From the NCBI GenBank assembly GCA_905234655.1, contig CAJOJG010000004.1, forward strand, positions 4,111-68,110: DNA of 64,000 nucleotides, read 5' to 3'. This DNA comes from an uncultured Bacteroidales bacterium. Its GTDB lineage: Bacteria; Bacteroidota; Bacteroidia; Bacteroidales; UBA3824. Shown one piece after another: positions 1 to 10,638 of the stretch. Position 1 is the stretch's first letter. Each line of letters starts with the position of its first letter. The notes under the pieces were generated by a model. The model did not search any database and was not told the origin of the DNA. It saw nothing but the letters and a program-made list of their open reading frames with translations. The position numbers and the translations under genes are program-made.

Positions 1-2552
1 AGGTCTTCTATTGGTCCCATTATCAACGTGAGCGGCGTGCGGAGTTCGTGGGTGATGTTGGTGTAGAATTTTAGGCGTTCTTCGTTGAGGTTGTTGTCTT
101 TTTCGCGGTTGTTGCGCTCCATGTCGTAGAGTGCTTTCATCTTCACGCGGCGTTTGTAGCCTTTCATCATGGCTGTGGCAGCGGCTATTATTAGTATGAA
201 ATACAATGCTTTAGCCCATGGTGTCTGCCACAACGGGGGCTTTATTCTTAATGTAATGGCTGTTGTTTCGTTGTCCCAATCCTGATTGCGCAAGTGAGAG
301 CGTATTTTCACTTTGTAGCGTCCGGGCGGCAGGTTTCGGAATGTTATCGTGCCGTCGGCATTGTTTACGTCAATCCATTTGTCGTCAAAACCAACGAGTT
401 TACATTCATGCTCGGCGCGCGGCGTATAGTCGTAGTCGCAGGTATTGATGCCTATTATCAAGGTGTTTTGCTCGTGGTCGAGTGTGAGTGTGCCTCTGGG
501 ATTGTGGATTATGGAGTCGCCGAGTTGTGGCGATGATGAGGCGATTATTATTTTGGTGATTCGTGGTGTGGGGGTCGGTATGTGGCGCAGTGCGTCGTCG
601 GGGTGTACTACACTGACGCCGTTAATACTGCCAAAAAATATCGAATGTTTTGACCGACAAACACTTGCACTTGTGTATGAACCTTCGCAAATGCCGTCGC
701 GTGTGTCAAAGTTTTGGATTTTACGGTCGTCTGTTAGGCAAGAAATTCCCTTGTTGGTGGAAAACCAAATGTTGCCTAACGAATCTTCGGCGATGGCGCG
801 GATATGTATGTTTGCCATACCGTCCTCCATGTTGTAAACGCTGTATGCGGTGTCGCTGGCTGTCTTGAACTTCACAAGCCCTTCGCCAGTGGCCACGTAA
901 ATGTCGCCGTGCGTGGTGGTTAAGATATGGTTGACGGTGTTTGAAGGGAAACCGTTTGACTTTTCCAAATGCCTGATGGCCTGCATATTGACATCAAGAA
1001 CAAAAAGACCACCTCCAAAAGTGCCCACCCAAATATTGCCGCGATGGTCGCGCAGGGCGCAACGTGTGAGGTTTTGTGTTAACGTTACCAAGCCTAATGG
1101 TTTCTTTCGGCTTTTGCTGACGACATACACGCCACCGCTCGACGATACGAGCAGAGTGTCGCCGCTGGTGGGTGCTATGTGGCGTATGTCAACTTCGCCG
1201 CCGTCGCCTTCGATTACTGTTGCAAATCGTGCTGTGCGGGTGTCCATGTATGCAAGTCCGGCGTTGAACATTCCAACCCATATTCCGCCGTCGCCGTCGT
1301 AATACAAGGCTTGAATGCTGTTGTTGGCTATCTGCGGGGTGTTTTCGGAGTTATATACGGCAATGCGTTTTCCCCTTTGGAAGATGTTGATGCCGCCGCC
1401 GTCGGTGCCAATGTAGAGTTTGTGGTCGCCGTCGATGGCTGTGGAAAGTACGCCACGGTTGTTGAGGCTGTTGCCAGTTGCGTCGGGCGTTGCGTCGATG
1501 TAGCCGAAATACGGGCGGTTTTTTGATATGAAGTTGATGCCGCCAGCCCAAATACCAGCCCAAATGTTGCCGTGGCGGTCTTGGTATATGCAGCGGACAG
1601 ACGCGCCTGAAAGCGAGTTTGGGCCTTCGCCTGCGCTGATTATTCGGCAACGGATGTCTTTTGGCGATGCAAACGGGCTTTGTGGACGGTCGATGACCAC
1701 AATGCCGCCAAGTTCCAAGGCTATCCATGTGCTGCCGTCGTTGGCGTGGCAGATGTCGAAGACCGACCTACCCCGCAATGGCTCTATGAAGTCTATCCGT
1801 GTAAATTTTTGATTGTGAGGATTATAAACCGCCAATCCCTGTGCAGTGCCTACCCAAATGCTGCCATAATTGTCGATGCGTATGCAGAGTACGTCGTCGG
1901 AGGGAATTGTGGCGTTGTCTTTCGGGTCGTGGCGCATGAAGGTAAGGCTTTTTGAGGCAGTGTCCAATATTGCCATGCCGTTGTCAGAGTAGCCGAGATA
2001 GACTTTGCCGTCCTTGCCGTCGGCTATTGTCCAGATATGGCTTGAATTGATGCCGGGGACGTTTTGAGAGTTGTATTGTCGGAACGAACCGGTTTTCTTG
2101 TCCAAATAGTTGATGCCGTCCCAATATGTTGCAACCCAAATGCTTGAATCTGCCGATGGCGCAATGTCGGTAACAGCCTCCGACGTTATCATGCCATTGC
2201 CATAGTGTTTCATGGTGTTGGTGTGATAATTATAGGCGTTAAGCCCGGCGCGTTGTGTGGCAATCCAAATGATGCTGTCCTTCGGGTCGTCGAGAATGTG
2301 GTTTAGTTCGTTGCCAGAGAGTTGTGGCTGCTGGTTGTTGTTATAGAAACATGTAAAACTGTTGCCGTCAAACCTGTTGAGGCCTTCCTCGGTGGCGGCC
2401 CAGATGTAGCCGTCCTTGTCTTCGGCAATGCTGTTGACATAATTGCTGCTCAACCCCTGCGCACTCGACAACCGCCGCACAGCAAAATGCTGGGCGCAAC
2501 AGTTAAAGGTCGCAAGAATAAACAATATGATGGATATAATTTTTTTCTGCAT
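1..2552 (-). CDS. Hybrid two-component system sensor kinase/regulator (HTCS), N-terminal ~850 codons; runs off the window start
   Basis: Absent from the ORF track because it is truncated. The minus-strand ATG at 2552-2550 (MQKKIISIILFILATFNCCAQ) opens a frame that I read as open to base 1. It has repeated periplasmic propeller-type motifs (GLSSNYVNSIAEDKDGYIWAAT, SIWVGTAQGL), a TM segment (ALYFILIIAAATAMM) and the HisKA H-box ITHELRTPLTLI at the window edge. It is divergent from the SusC/D operon. Confidence 0.85.
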   Translation of the reverse strand, partial: MQKKIISIILFILATFNCCAQHFAVRRLSSAQGLSSNYVNSIAEDKDGYIWAATEEGLNRFDGNSFTCFYNNNQQPQLSGNELNHILDDPKDSIIWIATQRAGLNAYNYHTNTMKHYGNGMITSEAVTDIAPSADSSIWVATYWDGINYLDKKTGSFRQYNSQNVPGINSSHIWTIADGKDGKVYLGYSDNGMAILDTASKSLTFMRHDPKDNATIPSDDVLCIRIDNYGSIWVGTAQGLAVYNPHNQKFTRIDFIEPLRGRSVFDICHANDGSTWIALELGGIVVIDRPQSPFASPKDIRCRIISAGEGPNSLSGASVRCIYQDRHGNIWAGIWAGGINFISKNRPYFGYIDATPDATGNSLNNRGVLSTAIDGDHKLYIGTDGGGINIFQRGKRIAVYNSENTPQIANNSIQALYYDGDGGIWVGMFNAGLAYMDTRTARFATVIEGDGGEVDIRHIAPTSGDTLLVSSSGGVYVVSKSRKKPLGLVTLTQNLTRCALRDHRGNIWVGTFGGGLFVLDVNMQAIRHLEKSNGFPSNTVNHILTTTHGDIYVATGEGLVKFKTASDTAYSVYNMEDGMANIHIRAIAEDSLGNIWFSTNKGISCLTDDRKIQNFDTRDGICEGSYTSASVCRSKHSIFFGSINGVSVVHPDDALRHIPTPTPRITKIIIASSSPQLGDSIIHNPRGTLTLDHEQNTLIIGINTCDYDYTPRAEHECKLVGFDDKWIDVNNADGTITFRNLPPGRYKVKIRSHLRNQDWDNETTAITLRIKPPLWQTPWAKALYFILIIAAATAMMKGYKRRVKMKALYDMERNNREKDNNLNEERLKFYTNITHELRTPLTLIMGPIED

Positions 2553-2576
2553 GGATGCTTTTTGTTTTGACGATTA

Positions 2577-2584
2577 CAAAGATA
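2577..2584 (-). promoter_or_regulatory. Putative Bacteroidetes -7 promoter box for the HTCS gene
   Basis: The minus strand reads TATCTTTG (TAnnTTTG consensus), 25 nt upstream of the ATG at 2552. Confidence 0.4.
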
Positions 2585-2708
2585 ATGTTTTTTTTTGAGT
2601 AAACAAAATAAGTGTTTATTTGCAATCTTTCTTGGTCTGTTTTCGTTCTTGAACGATTTGTTACCATTGTTGAACGGTTTATGTACCATGTTTTTACGTC
2701 GTGTAGCG

Positions 2709-2716
2709 TATATTTG
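2709..2716 (+). promoter_or_regulatory. Putative -7 promoter box for the PUL operon
   Basis: TATATTTG matches TAnnTTTG, 50 nt upstream of the ATG at 2766. Confidence 0.45.
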
Positions 2717-2765
2717 CTGTATGGAATGAAAAACAAAATCGTAACTACTAAAATTCTTAAAACTT

Positions 2766-4289
2766 ATGGAAAGATTTTCAAAATTGACACTTGCCGCATT
2801 GGTCTTTGCGGGCTTTGCGGTAACTGGCTGCTCCGATGACGACGGGTATTCCGCCGTGGACGGCAAGATGCCAACAATCGCCCTCGAACAATCCGAGGTG
2901 CACCTTGAGTATGGCATGACCGCCAACATCAAAGGCAAAATAACCGATGCCGACGGTATCCGCTCAATCAACATCAAAAACTCCGACCTCTATCTCAACA
3001 AGACTATCGACATCTTGAAGATTTATGGCGACTCTAAGACCGAGTACGACCTTGATTACAATGTTACGCCCAACGACACTCTCACAATCGAAAGTTTCCC
3101 GTTGCAAATTACTGTGGAAGACCTTGTTGGCAACACCGCAACGGCAACTTTCATCGCCAAGATGGACGGCGACTTCACCGCTCCTAAGTTCATCCTCGAG
3201 CCCAACGACGAAATCAATGTCATTATGCCAGTGATGACATTCAAGTTCTCTATTTCCGACAACAAGGGAATCACTTATTGCAGCATCGAAATTCCCGACC
3301 TTGACTATAAATCGGAATACACTGGCGGCGACAAGAATTACGAGTTTGTCGAAAAACTTAACCTTGGTGACGAAAACCGCGACTACACTGGAAAAATCAT
3401 CGCTTACGACGCTTTCAACAACACTCTCGAAAAAGAGTTCACAATCTCCAAGAGCGAACTCAAAGATTATGCAAAGATGTACCTTTGCGATGTTGCGGAG
3501 GCCGACTTGATAACGGACGTGTGCGGCGTGCCGATGCTCATCGACCATTCGGGCGAGTTTGAATATACCGCTTATTATTTCAACGCTGCGGTCGGCACCG
3601 AAATTCGTTTTATTCCACAGAACAATTCTTACGGACCGATTTGTTTCAGCCTTGACCCAACCAACCACGAATTGCTCACCGCCGACCCCGACCAAGGCGA
3701 ACCTCTCGTACTCGACAAGGCTGGCGTGTATTACAAAATTGTCCTTAATACAAAGCAAGGCACTTATTCTACAAGCACTTACACCATCGACGAGGCAGTT
3801 GACCCGTTGCCGGCAGAATTGGGCAGCAATAGCCTCAACACTTGGTGGACTGGCACTTGGAACCCCGAAACTGGAGAATGGGAAGGCGCAGACGATGCTT
3901 GGTGGCAGGAGTTTAAGGTTGGCATTATGACCGACAACCCAAGGGACGTAGAGCCTTTGTTTGAGTACAATCCGCAAAACAAACATATTATCCAAGTGCT
4001 TGGTTACGAACTTCCTATGGGCAAATTTGAATTTCACCCACACAACTGGCACCACGACGGCTGGTGGGACTACACAACATGGAAACCCGAGGCAGCAACG
4101 GAGACCGACCCCGAAATCTGGAGATATGTAGGCGGCGTCGCCAACCCAGCTTACAATAATGCCACCACTTCTTACAACAACGAAGTAGAAGTAGGCAACC
4201 ATGCAAAACTCACAATCCCAAAGGCGGGCAAGTACGACTTTATTTTCGACATGCACCTCGGCCGTATGAAGGTTGTACCCTCAAAATAA
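2766..4289 (+). CDS. Surface lipoprotein, probable glycan-binding protein of the PUL (family not recognised)
   Basis: 507-aa ORF with a lipobox (FAGFAVTG|CSDDDG). Two tandem ~95-aa Ig-like repeats (..DADGIRSINIKNSDL.. / ..DNKGITYCSIEIPDL..) are followed by a Trp-rich C-terminal domain (WWTGTWNPETGEWEG, WHHDGWWDYTTW). It lies directly upstream of SusC. Confidence 0.6.
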   Translation: MERFSKLTLAALVFAGFAVTGCSDDDGYSAVDGKMPTIALEQSEVHLEYGMTANIKGKITDADGIRSINIKNSDLYLNKTIDILKIYGDSKTEYDLDYNVTPNDTLTIESFPLQITVEDLVGNTATATFIAKMDGDFTAPKFILEPNDEINVIMPVMTFKFSISDNKGITYCSIEIPDLDYKSEYTGGDKNYEFVEKLNLGDENRDYTGKIIAYDAFNNTLEKEFTISKSELKDYAKMYLCDVAEADLITDVCGVPMLIDHSGEFEYTAYYFNAAVGTEIRFIPQNNSYGPICFSLDPTNHELLTADPDQGEPLVLDKAGVYYKIVLNTKQGTYSTSTYTIDEAVDPLPAELGSNSLNTWWTGTWNPETGEWEGADDAWWQEFKVGIMTDNPRDVEPLFEYNPQNKHIIQVLGYELPMGKFEFHPHNWHHDGWWDYTTWKPEAATETDPEIWRYVGGVANPAYNNATTSYNNEVEVGNHAKLTIPKAGKYDFIFDMHLGRMKVVPSK

Positions 4290-4319
4290 ACATTTAACTT
4301 ATTCAAAACTTGTAAGAAA

Positions 4320-7300
4320 ATGAAAAAAATAATCAGCATAATGCTTTTGATGTTGCTGACGGTTGCCGCGTTTGCGCAGAACGTCACAATCACTGGCAAC
4401 GTCAAGTCGGGCAACGACAACATGCCCCTCATCGGCACAACGATTGTGGAGAAAGGCTCTACCAACGGCACAATCTCCGACATCGACGGCAATTACAGCG
4501 TTACCGTTCCGTCAAACGCAACTCTCGTATTCTCGATGGTGGGCTTTGAAACTCAGGAAATCTCAGTCAAAGGACAGACCACAATCAACGTAATCCTCAT
4601 GGAAGACACAAAGAACATCGACGAGGTTGTGGTAATCGGTTACGGTACTGCAAAACGCAGCGAAGTAACAGGTTCAATCAGTTCCGTTGCCGCCGATGAC
4701 ATCACATCGTTCAACTCTGGCAACGCAATGAACGCCTTGCAGTCGAAAATCAACGGTGTCCAGATTTCCAACAACGGCACGCCTGGCAGCAGCCCCCGCG
4801 TCATTATCCGTGGCGTTACTACCGTCAACGGCTCCAACCCTCTCTACGTTGTGGACGGCATGCCCGTTGGCGACAACATCAACTTCCTCAACAATGAGGA
4901 TATCGAGAGCATGGAAGTATTGAAAGACGCTTCGGCGTCCGCCATCTACGGCACACGCGCATCAAACGGCGTTGTGCTTATCACCACCAAGAAAGGCAAG
5001 AAGGGACAAGCCAAGTTCCAATTCACCGCCAATGTCGGCATTAGCACCATTGGCGACCCCGACGTTGCCAAAGCATCTGAGTATGAGAAGGTTTATAAGA
5101 CCCGTTACACCAACGACAAACAAGTTCCCGCTTACAACGGCATCGACAACATCACCGACGCGGAAGGCACCGACTGGTGGGAGTCGACGGTCAACAAACT
5201 TGCTGTAACTCAAAACTATAACCTCAGTTTCTCTGGCGGCACAGACAATTTTGTGTACAGCGGAAGCTTTGGCTATTATCGTCAAGAAAGCCACTACAAT
5301 TACGGCTGGTGGGACAAGTTCAACGGACGCTTGAACACCGAATACACTTTCAACAAGTATGTGAAGCTCGGCGTTGAGTTCGCTCCCAAACTCGAGCGTT
5401 GGGACGACACTCCAAACCTCATGGGCGCGGCCATGTCAATGGACCCCACCACCGCAATTTTCCGTTACGACTGGGAAACCATCAGCAACGAATATTCGTG
5501 GTACTCGCGCTCAAACAACAACCAAGAATGGAATCCCGTGGCGTCTCTCAAGCGTCAGACCGCGCACAGCAACGAGTTTGGACTTTTGATGAATCCTTAC
5601 ATCGAAATCAAACCCCTTGAAGGTCTTACATTCCGCTCGCAGTTTGGCGACAACGCAAGGTTCAGAATCAGCGACGCTTTCACGCCCGAGTTCTTCATCG
5701 ACAACCTTGAACAAGCCACCACAAGCAAGGCAGAGCGCAACTCCCAAACGTGGAACGATTGGAACTGGACCAACACCCTCAACTATCAGAAGACATTTGC
5801 CGATGCCCACAACCTTAACGTGATGGTGGGCTACACAATGGAAAAATTCAGCCACTACTGGCTCACAGGCAGCCGTGAGGCCATTCCCAACAACAACGAG
5901 AACCTTTGGTACGTGTCTGCTGGTACAGAAAACCAACTCGCCAGTGGCAGCGACGATTTCAGCACCCTCGTTTCTTACCTCGGCCGTCTAATGTACAATT
6001 ACAAGAGCCGCTACTACCTGACAGCGAGCGTTCGTTTCGACGGTTCGTCCAAGTTCCCCGAAGGCAACAAGTTTGCAACATTCCCCGCCGTGTCGCTCGC
6101 ATGGCGTGTTACCGGCGAGGAGTTCATGCAAAACCAGCACATCTTCTCCAACCTCAAGCTCCGCGCTGGCTGGGGCAAAGTCGGCAACCAGAGCATCGAC
6201 AACTCCGCATATCTTTCCACGATTGGCACATCATACTACACCGTCAACGGGCAGATGGTAACAGGCAGCCAAGTTTCCTCTACCGCCAACACCGCAATCC
6301 AATGGGAAACTGTTGAGGACTACAACCTCGGTCTCGACATGGGTTTTTTGAACGACAGGCTCTCCGCTACATTTGAGATTTACAAGAAGAAAACTTCCGA
6401 CATGCTCCTCAAAGAAGCCAACCTCCTTATCCTCGGCTATCCCGAATGGGCTGGTCAGATTTGGACAAATGTGGGCAGCATGGAAGCCAACGGCTGGGAA
6501 CTTTCGCTCAACTGGAAGGACAACGTGAACCACGATTTCAAGTATGAAGTCGGCGTCAACATCTCTGGCGTAAAGAACAAGGCAAAAGACCTCGGTTTGA
6601 GCAGTCCGATTTTGACTGGCGGTTTTAACGGCGACTACATTATCCGCAACGAATCCGACGCAGAAATCTCTCGTTTCTATGGCTACAAGACGCTCGGATT
6701 GTTCCAAAATTGGGAGGATGTCAACTCCTACACCGACGAGCATGGCAATCTCCTTCAGCCCAACGCACAGCCCGGCGACCTCATTTTCGACGACCTCAAC
6801 AATGATGGCGTAATCGACGAAAACGACAAGACTTTCATCGGCAACGCTTTCCCGAAGATGTACATGGGCATCAACCTCGGCGCATCGTACAAGAATTGGG
6901 ACTTCTCGATGAATTTCTATGGCACATTTGGCAACGACATCTTCAACCGCACACGCGAACGCTACTCTGGCTCCGGCGGTCAGAACGTTTGGGCTGGCAC
7001 TCTCGAAGACGCTTGGCACTACGAAGGCCAGGACACCGACATTCCGCGCCTTTCGTACAACGATGCCAACGCCAACTACCTTACAGTATCCGACTGGTGG
7101 GTTGAGAACGGCAGTTACCTGCGTTGCAAACAATTGCAGATTGGCTACACTTTCCCGCAGCGAATGATTAAGTTTGGAACGCTCCGCGTTTCGGCATCGG
7201 CACAAAACCTCTTTACAATCACAAAATATTCTGGCTGGGATCCTGAAACCGCCGTTACAGGCAGCGTTACAGAAAGCGGCATAGACAATGTTGCTTATCC

Positions 7301-7343
7301 CAACACAAGAATCTTCATGTTTGGCGTAAACCTTAATTTCTAA
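4320..7343 (+). CDS. SusC/RagA-family TonB-dependent outer-membrane transporter
   Basis: 1007 aa with a signal peptide, a carboxypeptidase-regulatory-like N-domain (NVTITGNVKSG..GTTIVEKGSTNGTISDIDGNYSV), a plug region (DEVVVIGYGTAKRSEVTGSISSV) and a barrel ending FMFGVNLNF. A 6-nt gap separates it from the SusD homolog. Confidence 0.95.
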   Translation: MKKIISIMLLMLLTVAAFAQNVTITGNVKSGNDNMPLIGTTIVEKGSTNGTISDIDGNYSVTVPSNATLVFSMVGFETQEISVKGQTTINVILMEDTKNIDEVVVIGYGTAKRSEVTGSISSVAADDITSFNSGNAMNALQSKINGVQISNNGTPGSSPRVIIRGVTTVNGSNPLYVVDGMPVGDNINFLNNEDIESMEVLKDASASAIYGTRASNGVVLITTKKGKKGQAKFQFTANVGISTIGDPDVAKASEYEKVYKTRYTNDKQVPAYNGIDNITDAEGTDWWESTVNKLAVTQNYNLSFSGGTDNFVYSGSFGYYRQESHYNYGWWDKFNGRLNTEYTFNKYVKLGVEFAPKLERWDDTPNLMGAAMSMDPTTAIFRYDWETISNEYSWYSRSNNNQEWNPVASLKRQTAHSNEFGLLMNPYIEIKPLEGLTFRSQFGDNARFRISDAFTPEFFIDNLEQATTSKAERNSQTWNDWNWTNTLNYQKTFADAHNLNVMVGYTMEKFSHYWLTGSREAIPNNNENLWYVSAGTENQLASGSDDFSTLVSYLGRLMYNYKSRYYLTASVRFDGSSKFPEGNKFATFPAVSLAWRVTGEEFMQNQHIFSNLKLRAGWGKVGNQSIDNSAYLSTIGTSYYTVNGQMVTGSQVSSTANTAIQWETVEDYNLGLDMGFLNDRLSATFEIYKKKTSDMLLKEANLLILGYPEWAGQIWTNVGSMEANGWELSLNWKDNVNHDFKYEVGVNISGVKNKAKDLGLSSPILTGGFNGDYIIRNESDAEISRFYGYKTLGLFQNWEDVNSYTDEHGNLLQPNAQPGDLIFDDLNNDGVIDENDKTFIGNAFPKMYMGINLGASYKNWDFSMNFYGTFGNDIFNRTRERYSGSGGQNVWAGTLEDAWHYEGQDTDIPRLSYNDANANYLTVSDWWVENGSYLRCKQLQIGYTFPQRMIKFGTLRVSASAQNLFTITKYSGWDPETAVTGSVTESGIDNVAYPNTRIFMFGVNLNF

Positions 7344-7349
7344 AAAACT

Positions 7350-8932
7350 ATGAAAAACATTTTCAAATACAGCATAATAGCAGCCGCAGCGATGTTGACA
7401 GGCTGCACCGACGACTTCCTGTCGCAGGATGTCAAGGGTACGCAGGTACTCGACAACTATTTCACAACTTCCGAGGAGTGCCTTGCGTCGGTATATGGTT
7501 GCTACCAGTCTATTGCATTCGACGACTGGTGGCAGGTTTACAACACCTACGTTACTGCCGACATCTGCACCGACGATGGTTGGATGAACAACACCACACA
7601 AGGTCAGGACGGCTACATCGACCTCGCCCTCTACCAAGGCAAGACCACGAGCGGTACATTGTCAAACTTTTGGCAGTATCGCTACAAGGGCATTCACAAC
7701 TGTAATGTTGTTCTCGAATATGTGCCTGGCGTATCGTCGCTGCAAGAAGACGTGAAAAACCGCTACATCGCTGAGGCAAAGGCCTTGCGCGGATATTTCT
7801 ACTTCGAGTTGGTGAAAAATTTTGGCGGTGTGCCGCTCGTAACCACAATGGCAACGCCCGTTGACGCCGCCAACATGAAACGCGCATCTATCGCCGAGAC
7901 ATACGCACAGATTGAACAGGACTACAAGGACGCTATCGAGTATCTGCCGTTGCGCAGCGAAACTGTCAAGAACAGCGAACTTGGCCGCCTTACCAAGGGT
8001 GCGGTTCAGGGGCTATTGGCAAAGGCTTTGCTCTATCAGGAGAAATACGACGAGGCCAAGACTTCCTCGACGAGGTAATCAATAGCGGCGAGTACGACCT
8101 TTTGCCCGACTTCTCGCAAGTTTGGGACATGGATTACAACAACAGTGTAGAAGGTCTTTTTGAAATACAGACCAACGACAATTCGTCCTATAGCGTTGGT
8201 GAACGCATCAGCGTTGTTGTTGGCTCGCGCGACGACAGCGGCTGGAGCTGGAGCGGTCCGTCGTCCGACCTCGAGAACGCCTACATTGCCGCCGGCGACG
8301 AAATCCGACTTTTCAACACCATCATCAAGCATGGCGCAACGACATTGCCGCGCGAATCGCAAACTTTTGCTGACGGCTACACCGTGTCTCCTAACAAGCA
8401 CAAGTCAGGACGTGTGAACGGCAAACTTTACATTCCGCAATCCAAACGCCCCGACAATTACGATGCGCCACACATTCCATTGAACTACCGACTTTTGCGT
8501 TACGCCGACGTGCTTTTGATGGCTGCCGAAGTTGAAAACGCTCTTGGCAACGACACCAAGGCTCAGGAATACCTCAACAAAGTTCGCAATCGCGTAAACC
8601 TTGCCGATGTTTCTTCCTCTGGCAAAGCCCTCCGCGATGCTATCCGCCTCGAACGCCGCCTCGAACTCGCCTGTGAGGCCAACCGCCTCTACGACATTCG
8701 CCGTTGGACCGATGACAACGGCAAGAAAGTGGCTTGCAACCTCTTTGGTCCCAACGGTTCGTGGGTTAAGTACAACACTCAGGAATCCACCGACCCATTT
8801 GAGACCACTAACCTCATCGAGCCGCAGGACGAGGGCATCAACTTCAACGAGACCCGCGACCTACTTTTTCCGATTCCAAACACCGAAATCGTACAGAGCA
8901 ACGGAATGTTGGAACAGAACCCCGGGTATTAA
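7350..8932 (+). pseudogene. RagB/SusD-family lipoprotein, interrupted by a frameshift near 8060-8065 (or an assembly indel)
   Basis: ORFs 7350-8078 (lipobox AAAMLTG|C; AEAKALRGYFYFELVKNFGGVPL) and 8102-8932 (LLRYADVLLMAAEVENALG; ERRLELACEANRLYDIRRW) are the two halves of one SusD. Frame 0 ends ..YDEAKTSSTR-TAA (8076-8078). The shifted frame reads through from 8063 as FLDEVINSGEYDLLPDFSQVWD. Confidence 0.85.
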
Positions 8933-8950
8933 TTTTTAACACTTTTAAAC

Positions 8951-10636
8951 ATGAACAAAATAACTACAATCATATTGTCGGCGATGTTGATTTCGGGTTT
9001 GATTGCCTGTGATGACGACGAAATAACGCCAAACGCATCCAACACCGCCAAAAGTCCCGAAGAAATTGCCCAAGAAAACGAGGATAACAAGAACAACAAC
9101 GACACCCCGTCAGAATGGAAAGTCGTGGAATCTTCATCAGAACGCGCCGACGACGAGTTCTCTGTAATTATCGACGCATCAAAGACATACCAAACCATCG
9201 AAGGTTTTGGCGCGTCAGATTGCTGGCTCGGCGAATATGTCGGCACCAACTACAGCAGCAAGGACAAGATGGCAAAACTGCTTTTTAGCCAGGACACATT
9301 GTCGGACGGCTCAGTGGAGGGCATCGGACTTTCGATGTGGCGTGTCAATCTCGGCGCGGGAAGTTACGAGCAAGGCGATGAGTCTGGCATCACAACCGCC
9401 GACCGCCGCGCCCAAAGCTACCTCACTGGCGGACAGTACGACTGGTCAAAATGCCCCGGTCAGCAGTATTTTATGCAGCAAGCCAAGAAATACGGCGTTG
9501 AAAAAATGCTGATGTTCAGCAACTCGCCCATTGTGTCGTGTACAGACAACGGTCAGGCGCGTTCCGACAAGGGCGCATACGCCAACATCACCGACGAGGG
9601 CTATGACAAGTACGCCGAATACATCGCCGAAGTAACCAAACACTTTGATTCCGAGGGCATTCACATCGACTACATCAGCCCCGTCAACGAGCCACAGTAC
9701 AATTGGGAAGGACACGACCAAGAAGGCTCGGGCTGGCAAAACTCCGAAGTCGCGCGCCTTGTGAAGTCCATCGACTCCAAACTTGGCTCGCAGACCACAA
9801 AAATCGTTGTTCCAGAGGCGGGTGCGTGGGATTATCTATATGGCGGTTCTAATGCTGGTCGGTCAAACCAAATTGACGACTTTTTTGGCTCAGGCTCTGA
9901 CAATTACATCGGCGACCTCTCGCACGTTGCCAAGGTGGCTTGTGCGCATAGTTATTGGATTGACCGCAACTGGGACCAGCTCCACAACGTCCGCATATCT
10001 GCCCTCACGGCTGCCGAAGGTGCTGGCATCGGACTTTGGCAGACCGAATGGTCTATGCTTGACGAATACGCCGCAACCGAAGATTACGTTGGACTTGCCG
10101 ATGCCAAGTACATGGACAACGCAATCTACCTCTCGAAAGTGATCTACGCCGACATGGTATATGCCAACTGCGCATCATGGAGTTATTGGACAGTATGGGG
10201 ACAAGAGCGTTGGAGCCAGAAAAACCGTTTTTGGCTCATCAAACTCGGCGAAAACGTGTCCGACTACGCCGAATGTTACAACGACATCACCGTCGATAAT
10301 CCGTGGGCAGACAATCCAAACCTCTATGTGCTTGGCAATTACAGCCGTTTTGTCCGTCCAGGCTACAAGCGTGTAGAACTCACTACCGCCACACCCGAAA
10401 CATCGCTCTTTGCATCGGCATACGTGTCGGGCGACGGCAACACCCTCGTCGTTGTCTACACCAACCAGTCCGACAAAAAAATGCGCGTAAATCCAACTAT
10501 TACAGGCTTTTCGGGTAACACGAAGTTTGTCCGCTACGTAACCACCGACACCGATAAGCTTGCCCGCACAAACCTCAGCGATGGAAATATCGTAATCCCT
10601 GCAAAATCTGTAACAACAATAGTATTAAGCAAATAA
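8951..10636 (+). CDS. Glycoside hydrolase family 30 lipoprotein (subfamily and substrate not assignable by eye)
   Basis: 561 aa with a lipobox (ISGLIA|CDDDE) followed by an acidic linker. GH30-type motifs are present: YQTIEGFGASDCW, GIGLSMWRVNLG, FSNSPIV, the acid/base ISPVNEPQYNW and the nucleophile region LWQTEWSM. Confidence 0.85.
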   Translation: MNKITTIILSAMLISGLIACDDDEITPNASNTAKSPEEIAQENEDNKNNNDTPSEWKVVESSSERADDEFSVIIDASKTYQTIEGFGASDCWLGEYVGTNYSSKDKMAKLLFSQDTLSDGSVEGIGLSMWRVNLGAGSYEQGDESGITTADRRAQSYLTGGQYDWSKCPGQQYFMQQAKKYGVEKMLMFSNSPIVSCTDNGQARSDKGAYANITDEGYDKYAEYIAEVTKHFDSEGIHIDYISPVNEPQYNWEGHDQEGSGWQNSEVARLVKSIDSKLGSQTTKIVVPEAGAWDYLYGGSNAGRSNQIDDFFGSGSDNYIGDLSHVAKVACAHSYWIDRNWDQLHNVRISALTAAEGAGIGLWQTEWSMLDEYAATEDYVGLADAKYMDNAIYLSKVIYADMVYANCASWSYWTVWGQERWSQKNRFWLIKLGENVSDYAECYNDITVDNPWADNPNLYVLGNYSRFVRPGYKRVELTTATPETSLFASAYVSGDGNTLVVVYTNQSDKKMRVNPTITGFSGNTKFVRYVTTDTDKLARTNLSDGNIVIPAKSVTTIVLSK

Positions 10637-10638
10637 CT

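Noticed and set aside
2964-4256. Long antisense ORF (430 aa) opposite the PUL lipoprotein gene. Similar shadows occur at 6231-7637 (468 aa), 13079-14377 (432 aa), 25956-27038, 30386-31411, 41277-42464 and 55760-56887.
   Set aside because: Each lies entirely inside a well-supported gene on the other strand. Each has a biased V/R/G/A-rich, motif-less composition typical of antisense frames in GC-balanced coding DNA. None has a promoter box or a recognisable domain.
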